The translations under genes were made by a program, and so were the position numbers. Shown piece by piece: positions 19,358 to 28,576 of a stretch of 64,000 bases of DNA. The notes beneath the pieces were generated by a model. The model was not told where the DNA came from. It ran no database searches and saw nothing but the letters and a program-made list of their open reading frames with translations. The stretch is from Kiritimatiellia bacterium (GTDB lineage: Bacteria > Verrucomicrobiota > Kiritimatiellia > RFP12 > UBA1067). How positions within the stretch are numbered: position 1 is the first letter of the stretch; each line of letters starts with the position of its first letter. The stretch spans positions 1,908,442-1,972,441 of the forward strand of contig JBMNFY010000017.1 of assembly GCA_050949565.1 (NCBI GenBank), read 5' to 3'.

Positions 19358-20131
19358 TCACTGTTTCCTCTTACGGAGACCACGCCACAGGAGGAGGGCG
19401 GCGAGAACGCCCCCGCCGACAGCGAGCAGAACGGCAGGGCAAAGAGGACATGAGGGAAGAGAATCCGCTGATGGATTTTCTGCAACGGGCGGGGCATTGG
19501 TATGCGCTGGAGTTGCGGGAACGGTCAACTTTTGCGATACGGCCTTGACAGAAGAAGTGATGGCGACAGATGTGAGAGGCGGCTCTGAATCAGTCGGAGA
19601 AGCGTTCAAAAGTTTCCATATCCCTTTGCGTTCAGCCTGAGCTTGCCTCTGAGCCTCTTCCATTTTTTGTACGGAAATACCCCTCGACATAAAACGTCCC
19701 GTCCACCTTGCCATCCCGTCTCTTACCATAATGAGATTGACGCAATCGTCATCGGTGTATCGCATATCATTATCTCTCATAAAAAAGATGCAAGCACCGT
19801 GTGATACGTCGCCCTCCAACTCCTCAAGAAAATGTAATTTTTTGTTCAAAACCAGTTCGCTCAGCCGCTTGCATGATTCGACACCGAAAGAGTTTGTTCG
19901 TTCTGGTGCCACAATACCATCAAGTCGGACAATATACGGGGGAATCGTGTGTCGCCATCGTCCAAATTGTCGGTCAGCGATGACAACACTGTTTCCATCA
20001 ATGACATTTGTGACAGTTGCGAAATACCCCATACGCGCAACCGCAGGCTGGCAATTAAGAAAACCTAACGTAATCACTACGATCTGCCGTATATGTAGTG
20101 ACACACGAACACGGAACTTGTCTTTTTTCAC
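19358..20131 (-). CDS. Thermonuclease (SNase)-fold protein with degenerate active site and C-terminal membrane anchor
   Basis: VIDGNS, VRLDGIVAPE, VNLIMVRDGMA and AQAERKGIW motifs; hydrophobic helix plus RKRKQ tail. Confidence 0.75.
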   Translation of the reverse strand: MKKDKFRVRVSLHIRQIVVITLGFLNCQPAVARMGYFATVTNVIDGNSVVIADRQFGRWRHTIPPYIVRLDGIVAPERTNSFGVESCKRLSELVLNKKLHFLEELEGDVSHGACIFFMRDNDMRYTDDDCVNLIMVRDGMARWTGRFMSRGISVQKMEEAQRQAQAERKGIWKLLNASPTDSEPPLTSVAITSSVKAVSQKLTVPATPAHTNAPPVAENPSADSLPSCPLCPAVLLAVGGGVLAALLLWRGLRKRKQ

Positions 20132-20255
20132 TCGGTTACTCCTCTCTCAATGCGTCGGTAATCTGACCATCGGCGGCAAATCCATAGCCGTCGCTTCCCA
20201 GCAAGACAATCTCGCCTTTACGAGTGACAAACAGTTGAATTTGACTTTTTCCCCA

Positions 20256-21290
20256 TCATGTGAAATTCGCGCCGACGATCTCGCCCGTGACAGCATCGAC
20301 ATAAATCCACACATATTGGGGATTGTTGCCATGTTCACCCGTCTTCCCGGTATGAACATCCACGGTTACAAAATGGACCATCCAGCACAATCTAGTTTCC
20401 GTTGGAGGTCTATCTCGTATCCAGACAGCACGCTTGGGGTCCAACGCCCAATTAGGAAGATAAACGCGCAAAGCAATTTCCTCCACCGTACGCACCTTGT
20501 AATCCGAATGGCCGTTGCGCGCACGAAACATCGGGGTTTTGAACACGAGAGGTGCGGCCCGTTCGGCTTTTGTGAGCGCCTCTTCGCGTGTAAGCTTCAC
20601 ATCAGTTGACTTGGGAAGAGGCCAATAGTCTTGCATGTGAAATCGCAGGAACCCATATCGTTCGTTGAAGATAACACTGACAAACTGAACATACGGCTCC
20701 ATTACCGTATCGTATGCGTGTCCGCCAGCCGTTGGCTCCCATGTAATAGTCCAAGAATGCTTATAATAAGGGTCGTTGAAAATACAGGAGGTCAGTATCA
20801 CGTTGCTCGACAGTGGTATACCGATGAGTTCCAGATAACGTTTGGCCTCACGAACCGCCTCTGTCATCGTCAACGTCGGAACTTTTTGAACTGCGTTTGT
20901 ATTCACAAAGTCAATCAGTTTTTTGTTATATATCCGGCATGGGGTCAGTGTGTGCCGGTTGAATGAAAGATTGAGTTGGCCCTCTGCGGTTACGGTCTCG
21001 CCCTCATAATCAGAACGTATCTCATATCCGCTGGGAGCGCCTCCACCCCGGAACGGCTGCCGGTATTCTTCGTAACCCGGAACATTGGTAGACACCAGTT
21101 TGGATGCATATATCCGATAGAGGTTGGTGACGGCGGCCCAATCCGTTTGTTGCCAGGCACGTTTTTCAGAAGCACAGGCAGCCTTTTCTTGTGCACGCAC
21201 ACGGGAAAATGACAGCACCGATAAAATAGCGAAAACAGAAATGAATGAGAGTGATATGACGCAAGAGGCGAAAAGAACATTTGATTTCAT
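20256..21290 (-). CDS. Hypothetical exported protein with PepSY-like C-terminus
   Basis: 344-aa lower-GC ORF with RBS AAAGGAG, N-terminal hydrophobic helix, TREEAL..A and YVDAVTGEIVG motifs. Confidence 0.65.
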   Translation of the reverse strand: MKSNVLFASCVISLSFISVFAILSVLSFSRVRAQEKAACASEKRAWQQTDWAAVTNLYRIYASKLVSTNVPGYEEYRQPFRGGGAPSGYEIRSDYEGETVTAEGQLNLSFNRHTLTPCRIYNKKLIDFVNTNAVQKVPTLTMTEAVREAKRYLELIGIPLSSNVILTSCIFNDPYYKHSWTITWEPTAGGHAYDTVMEPYVQFVSVIFNERYGFLRFHMQDYWPLPKSTDVKLTREEALTKAERAAPLVFKTPMFRARNGHSDYKVRTVEEIALRVYLPNWALDPKRAVWIRDRPPTETRLCWMVHFVTVDVHTGKTGEHGNNPQYVWIYVDAVTGEIVGANFT

Positions 21291-21413
21291 TGTCCATTCA
21301 CTCCTTTCCGATCATCAACGTCGCCGAAGAGGCGCACGCGTAGCACCGTGAACGCATTAGCCACGCGATGGATATGATCGTTCTTGCCCGTCCACTCCTC
21401 TCCAAGGAAGAGC

Positions 21414-22286
21414 CTATTTGCCATCGCACCCGCGCAGTCTGCGTTCCCATTCGGGCACCTCGTCCCTGTGCTTGTAGAACGAGCGCAATGTCTTTTCTGA
21501 CATCCCGCCGGGCGGTTGATTCGTTTTCATGATCGCCAAGAAATCCGCCTCGTCCTTCGCCCCGCGCATGGCTGCGGCAAGCGGCAGGAATATCTGCTGA
21601 GCCCCGCCCCACAAGCCGGAGCGGCTCGGCCCACCGCCTTCCAGCATGTAATAATCCCCGTTCGACAGGCCCCTCACGAAGATTTCAGCGGTCTTATCAA
21701 TGAACGACTCGGCCTGCTCTTTTGTAATGTTCAATTCACCTCGGGGGGGAGGGGGGGAAATATTATACCGTTCCCCATCTATCCAGATCAAAGTAACACG
21801 CCTGGGGTCCTGCGGGTCGGGTTTTGCCTCTTTAACGCATGGAAGCCCTTTATAGATATTGGCCATCATTTCATTCCCAACAAGATCTCCATGTTTAGAC
21901 ACTAGATATTGCCGAGTATCTGAAATATATGCGATATAATCTTTGTCATATGGCGTGGTATTAGTCGTAATGGTCGACGGTATCGAGGGCATTTTTTTCG
22001 GTGGTGGCGGCGTCGTTTTCTTTCTCGGGGGCCATTGGAGTGCCCAGACGATCTGGTGATTGTTAACAAAGACTAGACCCTCCTTGCGCGAAACGACATA
22101 AGGCGGAGGAATGTAACGCCCGTCGACAAACAAGACGCCGCTGGAGATCGGTGCCCATTTCCGTTCTCCGATGGACAGGTCATTTGTCCCTCCAGGGCAT
22201 TGACCTTCAGCCCGGACGCACACAACGCTGCCGATGAAACAGCAGACGATGCCCCTGATAAAAACGGTTTGTTTTTTCATAATCAT
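21414..22286 (-). CDS. Signal-peptide paralog family B, member 4 (putative immunity protein)
   Basis: Shares GVLFVDGRYIPPPYVVSR and DEADFL.IMKTNQPPGGMSEK..VPEWE with three neighbours. Confidence 0.75.
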   Translation of the reverse strand: MIMKKQTVFIRGIVCCFIGSVVCVRAEGQCPGGTNDLSIGERKWAPISSGVLFVDGRYIPPPYVVSRKEGLVFVNNHQIVWALQWPPRKKTTPPPPKKMPSIPSTITTNTTPYDKDYIAYISDTRQYLVSKHGDLVGNEMMANIYKGLPCVKEAKPDPQDPRRVTLIWIDGERYNISPPPPRGELNITKEQAESFIDKTAEIFVRGLSNGDYYMLEGGGPSRSGLWGGAQQIFLPLAAAMRGAKDEADFLAIMKTNQPPGGMSEKTLRSFYKHRDEVPEWERRLRGCDGK

Positions 22287-22322
22287 TCCCCATTCTGGCC
22301 ATGCGCCGATCCAAGGAAGAGC

Positions 22323-23192
22323 CTATTTATCATCGCACCCGCGCAGTCTGCGTTCCCATTCGGGCACCTCGTCCTTGTACTTGTAGAACGAGCGCAATGT
22401 CTTTTCTGACATTCCGCCGGGCGGTTGATTCGTTTTCATGATCGCCAAGAAATCCGCCTCGTCCTTCGCCCCGCGCATGGCTGCGGCAAGCGGCAGGAAT
22501 ATCTGCTGAGCCCCGCCCCACAAGCCGGAGCGGCTCGGCCCACCGCCTTCCAGCATGTAATAATCCCCATTCGACAGCCCTTTTACGAAGATTTCAGCGG
22601 TCTTATCAATGAACGACTCGGCCTGTTCTTTCGTCAGGTCGATTTCTTTGCGCTTGGGAGGGACTTGTATGATACCACCCCTTGAACCGTCGGCCCACAC
22701 AACTTCTATTGTGTTGGGACTGGTTACATCGCGTACGGCGGTTTTGATACACGGTAGCCGCCGGTAAACATCGACCATCAGATCGATGCCTTTTTCACTC
22801 CCGAATTTTGCGAATAGAAACTGTCGGACATTCGAGATATAGGTGAGGTAGTCTTTATCATAGCGTGTTGTTTGTTTCGTGATTGATGTCGGCATGACGG
22901 GTTCCGTTTCAGGCGGTGGTGGAGGCGGCATTCTTTTCTTTGGCGGCCATTGGAGTGCCCAAGCGATATCATGCCCATTGACGAAAACATCCCCCTCCTT
23001 GCGCGAAACGACATAAGGCGGAGGAATGTAACGCCCGTCGACAAACAAGACGCCGTTGGAGATCGGTGCCCACGCCCGCTCTCCGATGGACAGGTCGTTT
23101 GTCCCTCCAGGGCATTGACCTTCAGCCCGGACGTACACAACGCTGCCGATGAAACAGCAGACGATAAAAACGGTTTGTTTTTTCATAATCAT
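22323..23192 (-). CDS. Signal-peptide paralog family B, member 3 (putative immunity protein)
   Basis: Termini are near-identical to 21414-22286; the centre is divergent. Confidence 0.75.
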   Translation of the reverse strand: MIMKKQTVFIVCCFIGSVVYVRAEGQCPGGTNDLSIGERAWAPISNGVLFVDGRYIPPPYVVSRKEGDVFVNGHDIAWALQWPPKKRMPPPPPPETEPVMPTSITKQTTRYDKDYLTYISNVRQFLFAKFGSEKGIDLMVDVYRRLPCIKTAVRDVTSPNTIEVVWADGSRGGIIQVPPKRKEIDLTKEQAESFIDKTAEIFVKGLSNGDYYMLEGGGPSRSGLWGGAQQIFLPLAAAMRGAKDEADFLAIMKTNQPPGGMSEKTLRSFYKYKDEVPEWERRLRGCDDK

Positions 23193-23228
23193 TCCCCATT
23201 CTGGCCATGCGCCGATCCAAGGAAGAGC

Positions 23229-24080
23229 CTATTTGCCATCGCACCCGCGCAGTCTGCGTTCCCATTCGGGCACCTCGTCCTTGTACTTGTAGAACGAGCG
23301 CAATGTCTTTTCTGACATTCCGCCGGGCGGTTGATTCGTTTTCATTACAGAAAGAAAATCTGCCTCGTCTTTGGCAGAGCGCAATGCGTTTGCCAGTGGT
23401 TCAAGTGTGCGCGCGAAACTCTCCTGCGTTCCTCTCCGCTTGGCACTGCCGAACATAAAATAGTTTGTGGCTTTTAACCCCTCAGCGTAGATTTCGCAGA
23501 CACCGTCAAGCAGCTTGACCGCCTGATCGGGCGTGATGTCAACAGGCTTTCGCATCAGTGGAACTTGGCCTATGTGAGATACCCTTCCTGATCGCCATTT
23601 TACAGAAATTGTATTTGGACTCTCCGCATCTCTCGTAGCTGACACAATGCAGGGTAGGGATTTGTAGGCATCTACCATCAAATTCATCCCCTCCTCTTGT
23701 CCGTATTCGTGAAACAGATAGCGTCGCTTTTCATGAATATAGCGTATAAAATCTTTGTCGTATTGGGTTGTCTTCTCTGTAATCGTTTCCGGCACAACAG
23801 GATCTGTTAAAAAAACATCCGGTCGCGCTTCTTGCATATTTTGTGTATGCCAAGGCAACGGCGACTCGATATGCCGCCCATTTATATAGATGCCATTGCC
23901 AATGCGCGAGACCACATAGGGTGGCGGCAAAAACTCTCCCTCAACGAACACCAACCCATTTGATACGGCTGGCCAAGTCCTTGTCCCTAGCGACAGGTCG
24001 GGCTCCTGCCCGACCGAACTTCCCGCGCTCAGGTACGCATTCAGGAGTAAAACCGCAAAGAGCCCACATTTCGTTTTCAT
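23229..24080 (-). CDS. Signal-peptide paralog family B, member 2 (putative immunity protein)
   Basis: SNGLVFVEGEFLPPPYVVSRIG motif and shared C-terminus. Confidence 0.75.
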   Translation of the reverse strand: MKTKCGLFAVLLLNAYLSAGSSVGQEPDLSLGTRTWPAVSNGLVFVEGEFLPPPYVVSRIGNGIYINGRHIESPLPWHTQNMQEARPDVFLTDPVVPETITEKTTQYDKDFIRYIHEKRRYLFHEYGQEEGMNLMVDAYKSLPCIVSATRDAESPNTISVKWRSGRVSHIGQVPLMRKPVDITPDQAVKLLDGVCEIYAEGLKATNYFMFGSAKRRGTQESFARTLEPLANALRSAKDEADFLSVMKTNQPPGGMSEKTLRSFYKYKDEVPEWERRLRGCDGK

Positions 24081-24091
24081 AGAGGAAGGAC

Positions 24092-24943
24092 CTATTTACT
24101 ATCGCACCCGCGCAGTAGGGGTTCCCATTCCGGCACTTCGCCCCTGTGCTTGTAGAACGAGCGCAACGCTTTTTCGGACATTCCGCCGGGCGGTTGATTC
24201 GTTTTCATCATAGAAAGAAAATCCGCCTCGTCTTTGGCAGAGCGCAGCGCGTTTGCCAGTGGTTCAAGTGTGCGCGCGAAACTCTCCTGCGTTCCTCTCC
24301 GCTTGGCACTGCCGAACATAAAATAGTTTGTGGCTTTTAACCCCTCAGCGTAGATTTCGCAGACACCGTCAAGCAGCTTGACCGCCTGATCGGGCGTGAT
24401 GTCAACAGGCTTCCGCGTGGGAGGAAACTCATTGACCCCCTCTTTTCGCCCGTTTTGCCAGACCAGAATGATGGTGCTTTCGGTATTGGGTTCATGATAA
24501 GCATCCGCGATGCAGGGGAGTTCTTTATAAGCCTTAATCAGCATTTCAAGAACCTCATGTTTGTCATGCTTTGATAAAAGAAAGGCTTTCTTTGCGTTTA
24601 TATAGTTAATGAATTCGGAATCAAATTGTGTCGTGAGCTTTGTGATTGCTTCCGGAATGGTTGGGTTTACAGTGTTTGTTGCTGTTTGCGCAGGCTTCGG
24701 ATTCTGAGGCGGCCAAGGCAATGGCGACTCGATATGCCGCCCATTTATATAGATGCCGCTGCCAATGCGCGAGACCACATAGGGTGGTGGCAAAAACTCT
24801 CCCTCAACGAACACTAACCCATTTGATACGGCCGGCCACTCTCGACGGCCGAGCCCGCTGTCAGCCACCCTTTCGCCGCTAGGCTGGGCTTCTGACATCA
24901 ACGCTGACAAACAAATACTAACCATGACAACTGCTGTCTTCAT
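24092..24943 (-). CDS. Signal-peptide paralog family B, member 1 (putative cognate immunity of the orphan cassette)
   Basis: RBS GGAGG; starts 15 bp after the cassette stop; paralog of the next three genes. Confidence 0.75.
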   Translation of the reverse strand: MKTAVVMVSICLSALMSEAQPSGERVADSGLGRREWPAVSNGLVFVEGEFLPPPYVVSRIGSGIYINGRHIESPLPWPPQNPKPAQTATNTVNPTIPEAITKLTTQFDSEFINYINAKKAFLLSKHDKHEVLEMLIKAYKELPCIADAYHEPNTESTIILVWQNGRKEGVNEFPPTRKPVDITPDQAVKLLDGVCEIYAEGLKATNYFMFGSAKRRGTQESFARTLEPLANALRSAKDEADFLSMMKTNQPPGGMSEKALRSFYKHRGEVPEWEPLLRGCDSK

Positions 24944-24958
24944 GTCGGTAACCTCCGT

Positions 24959-26809
24959 TTAGAAACTCCACTCCTGCCATCCGGCGGGCCATGAGAAAAC
25001 GCGACGGACAAGCGGACGTCCGCCACCCTCGCCCTCATTCAAACACTTGTTCGAATCAGTCCGAAGCCAAATCATGTCGCATGCCGATTTATCGTATCTG
25101 AAGCCGAGACCGCGCTTGCCGACGCCGACACCAAGCCATCTCACATCCGTAATTGCGGTTCCCGCCAGTTGCTGAATTGCCAACGCTGCAGATCCATTAT
25201 CGGAAATGTAGGTGTCGAAAAGGACACACCCCCAGCCTTTTCCTTCGTTCGCGGACGAACCGGGGCCAGGAAACTGACCTATAGGTAACCACGCGTTAGC
25301 AGGAATATGGGCGGGACACAGTGTTGTCCAAGGATTCCCGGACATCGTCACCCCATAACCCGCGTACTCATTACCACCGTTCCATGCAGCCCCCGCCGTC
25401 CGACGCATGCCGTCCCCTTGCTTGCCGTTCATGAACTGGAAGAATGTTTCGTTGACGACGTAGTTTTCGAATGACGATATCGGCACGGTGTAACCGATTC
25501 TCCAGCGCCCTCCGGCACCTTCCTTCACACTGTACATCTGGCCGATAGGAGTGCCTGAATAACATATTGCCCAAACAGTGATCGCTCTATTGGTGTCAAG
25601 CCATGGTTTCCAGTTCGTTCGCATCCATCCGCTAGAAACTCGTGCAAAGTAGCATCCCGGTTGAGCGGGTGAGTTCGTTGTTGGTAGCACACTTCTACAA
25701 CTCATGCCAATGTTTGAGGAGCACCAGTTTTCAATTAATTGTCGCCCCTCTTCGGTATACGGCGCGTAAACTGCGTGATGGTATCCTGGCTCACCATGGG
25801 ATGCTGTCACGCAAACCAAGCCCGCGTTGCGCATATTTAGGTAATTCTCGACCGTGCAGGTGCCAACATCCAAATCCGTGTCACCTGTCTCATCCTCGTA
25901 CCAGACCACCTCAGGCCACCCTTGGCTGGACAATTCCGCCGCAAGATATTCCCCGTCAAGCCAGCCCACGTTGTTATTCGTGTTTGCATTGTTCCTCGTC
26001 TTTAGCGGTGCCCAGATCGCGGCGAAATTACCGCCGCCGGGCGCGTAGGAGGCGGGCGGGATGACGGTAAGGCGGACGCTGTCGCTGGTGAGCGTCTGCC
26101 CGTTCCTGATCGCGGAGTATGCCAGCGACACCGCGCCGGTCGCGACCCCGTCCACCCAGACATGCGCCGGCGGCGTCTCTCCCTGCGACACGTCCCACTC
26201 CACGGGCAACGTGAGGGCGGCGGCGCCCGGCGCCGTGTTCGTCCAGACCCTGACCTGACCGCATCCCGCGGACTGCGCCAGCCGGACCGAACCGGCGAAA
26301 TTGGCGACATCGCCGGACAACCTGACGGGGTAGCGCATCCCCGCGCCTTCCGCCAGCCCGTTCGTGACAGTCAGGAGCAACCCCGGGGCATAATCTTCGT
26401 ACCCGTCCTCGTCGTTGTTATCGGTATCGATCGCGCCGTCATTATTCGAATCAACGTCGATGTCCACACCCCAAGCCGTGATCTCCACCTGCGTCTCGCA
26501 GTCGAAGCGCGCCGCCGCGCCCGCGCCCTGGAACGAGAGGGTGAGCGTGGCGGTGCAGGGGCGGTCGGCCTGGACCTCGAGGGTCTCGGCGGTGGGGCCG
26601 GGCGGGAAGGCGACGGCGTTGCTCTCGCCGCCGCGCACGGCGACGCCCCCGTAGCGCGCGACGATGTTGGACGGGCCGTCGAGGGCGAGCGTGTACGCGC
26701 CGGGCAGCGCGACGTCGTTGAAGACCTTGAGCGGGAATGCGTTGGTCCCCGCCGGGATCAGCCATGTCCGGTCCCAACCCGGCCAAATGTCAGAGATCAG
26801 GCTTTTCAT
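24959..26809 (-). CDS. Orphan C-terminal cassette of the 1282-aa protein family with an alternative tip domain
   Basis: Homology to the large gene starts abruptly at WDRTWLIPAGTNAFPLKVFND (26776 vs 29911). It has no signal peptide, and the lower-GC tip contains ASHG and AICYSG. Confidence 0.75.
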   Translation of the reverse strand: MKSLISDIWPGWDRTWLIPAGTNAFPLKVFNDVALPGAYTLALDGPSNIVARYGGVAVRGGESNAVAFPPGPTAETLEVQADRPCTATLTLSFQGAGAAARFDCETQVEITAWGVDIDVDSNNDGAIDTDNNDEDGYEDYAPGLLLTVTNGLAEGAGMRYPVRLSGDVANFAGSVRLAQSAGCGQVRVWTNTAPGAAALTLPVEWDVSQGETPPAHVWVDGVATGAVSLAYSAIRNGQTLTSDSVRLTVIPPASYAPGGGNFAAIWAPLKTRNNANTNNNVGWLDGEYLAAELSSQGWPEVVWYEDETGDTDLDVGTCTVENYLNMRNAGLVCVTASHGEPGYHHAVYAPYTEEGRQLIENWCSSNIGMSCRSVLPTTNSPAQPGCYFARVSSGWMRTNWKPWLDTNRAITVWAICYSGTPIGQMYSVKEGAGGRWRIGYTVPISSFENYVVNETFFQFMNGKQGDGMRRTAGAAWNGGNEYAGYGVTMSGNPWTTLCPAHIPANAWLPIGQFPGPGSSANEGKGWGCVLFDTYISDNGSAALAIQQLAGTAITDVRWLGVGVGKRGLGFRYDKSACDMIWLRTDSNKCLNEGEGGGRPLVRRVFSWPAGWQEWSF

Positions 26810-27686
26810 TTTTCGGTTCAGGATCAAGCAACTCTCCTTTGGCGGTAAAATCCTTGCGTTTAGCCGTGGGCGTTTTTTCGATCTCCGCCTTGACTGCCTC
26901 AAAGTGCGGGCGGCTGTATTCCGGCCCGGCCTTCACCATCCGATCCGCCACCTTTTCGCGCTGGACGCTGGCTGGATAGCCCTCCAATGTCTCGCACAAA
27001 ACTTGGTCTATCATCTTAACGGTATCACCGGCTTTTTCTTTTTCGACCGATTCTAGTAAGAATTGATGAGCATCATCCAGTCTTGCTTTCGGGTTGTTTT
27101 TTTTCTCCATCCGAACTCTGCGCCCAAAAGTTTCATATAAACTATAGAATTCTCTCGGCGTATGTGTTCCATCGCGTTCAATTTTACGAAGAAACGAAAT
27201 CGCCTCAATTCCGAGCACGTTGACAACACCTCTGGATGCCGTTTCGCGGATATCCCTATCTGCAGAAGTGCTCTTGAGTTCTAAATAGGGAAGCGCAGAT
27301 GGGTCTTTGGTATGGCTCATGAAAGTGAGTAACTTCCGGCAATATCGCGTAAGTTCAGATTTCTCGTCTCGATTGGTTATATTGCCAGACGACAACATTA
27401 CCAATCCTTCCTCTGCAACATTTTTCGCCTCAGTTACCATATCGTGAACCGGTATCCCGTTGTTCTTCGCATACAGAAGAAGCGTGTCATCTGGTCGGGG
27501 TAATCGATAGTCTCTTGGACTTCGCAATAAACTAAGCGCCACCACTGTCCGCAAGTCGTGTTTCCCGTCGTACAGATCCCAATGGTGCACCGTGTTCGTG
27601 ACCGGCCAGCCAGACGGCCAGCCAAACACAGAAGGGGCAAGCAGCGTCGCCACCGCCAGACAGATGTTGCATAGTGACTGTTTCAT
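26790..27686 (-). CDS. Signal-peptide helical paralog family A, member 2, copy 1 (putative immunity protein)
   Basis: Paralog of the adjacent 292-aa gene; HEAT-like KDPSALPYLE..IRETA segment. Confidence 0.75.
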   Translation of the reverse strand: MKQSLCNICLAVATLLAPSVFGWPSGWPVTNTVHHWDLYDGKHDLRTVVALSLLRSPRDYRLPRPDDTLLLYAKNNGIPVHDMVTEAKNVAEEGLVMLSSGNITNRDEKSELTRYCRKLLTFMSHTKDPSALPYLELKSTSADRDIRETASRGVVNVLGIEAISFLRKIERDGTHTPREFYSLYETFGRRVRMEKKNNPKARLDDAHQFLLESVEKEKAGDTVKMIDQVLCETLEGYPASVQREKVADRMVKAGPEYSRPHFEAVKAEIEKTPTAKRKDFTAKGELLDPEPKNEKPDL

Positions 27687-28561
27687 TGTTCCGCTCGTTC
27701 AGGATCAAGCAACTCTCCTTTGGCGGCAAAATCCTTGCGTTTAGCCGTGGGCGTTTTTTCGATCTCCGCCTTGACTGCCTCAAAATGCGGGCGGCTGTAT
27801 TCCGGCCCGGCCTTCACCATCCGATCCGCCACCTTTTCGCGCTGGACGCTGGCTGAATATCCCTCCAATGTCTCGCACAAAACACGATCTAACATTTTGA
27901 CGGTACTCCCCTCCTCTTCTTCTATCAATTCCAGTAAGAAAGCATAGGCATCGTCCACTTTCGCTTTCGGATTGCTTGCCTTCTCCATCCGAATCTTATA
28001 TCCAAATGATTCATATAGACTATATAAATCCCCTCTATACAATTCGTTTTTTTTGAAGTCACGAAGAAAACCAATAGCATTCGATCCCAAAATGTTCACA
28101 ATCATATTCGCTGCAGTCCGACGGATGTCATCATTGGCGGATGTGCTTTTTAACTCCAAATATGGAAGGGCAGACGGGTCTTTTGTATACCCCATGAATC
28201 CTATGAGTATCCCGCAATATCGCATGACCGCCGCAGCTTCTTCTTTGTTTGTGAGGCTTCCCGACTCCAGCATGGCAAACCCCTCCTCAGCGACCGTTTG
28301 GGCCACGCCCACCATATTGCTGACCGGTATCCTGTGTTCTTTCGCGTATGCGAGCAACATGTCCTCTGTTCGCGGCAACCGGTAATCTCGGGGAATTCGC
28401 ATCAGTCCCACGGCCACCACTGTCCGCAAGTCATGTTTCCCGTCATATACCTCCCAGTGCGGCACCGTATTTGTGACCGGCCAGCCGGACGGCCATCCAA
28501 ACACAGAAGAGGCAAGCAGCGTCGCCACCGCCAACCAGATATTGCACACTAACTGTTTCAT
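27683..28561 (-). CDS. Signal-peptide helical paralog family A, member 1, copy 1 (putative cognate immunity protein)
   Basis: RBS AAAGGAG; directly follows the HExxH gene; lower GC. Confidence 0.75.
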   Translation of the reverse strand: MKQLVCNIWLAVATLLASSVFGWPSGWPVTNTVPHWEVYDGKHDLRTVVAVGLMRIPRDYRLPRTEDMLLAYAKEHRIPVSNMVGVAQTVAEEGFAMLESGSLTNKEEAAAVMRYCGILIGFMGYTKDPSALPYLELKSTSANDDIRRTAANMIVNILGSNAIGFLRDFKKNELYRGDLYSLYESFGYKIRMEKASNPKAKVDDAYAFLLELIEEEEGSTVKMLDRVLCETLEGYSASVQREKVADRMVKAGPEYSRPHFEAVKAEIEKTPTAKRKDFAAKGELLDPERAEQ

Positions 28562-28576
28562 TCTTTCACTCCTTTC

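Noticed and set aside
21414-28561. Diversity-generating retroelement as the source of paralog variation
   Set aside because: No reverse transcriptase is visible, and the differences are block-wise rather than adenine-specific.
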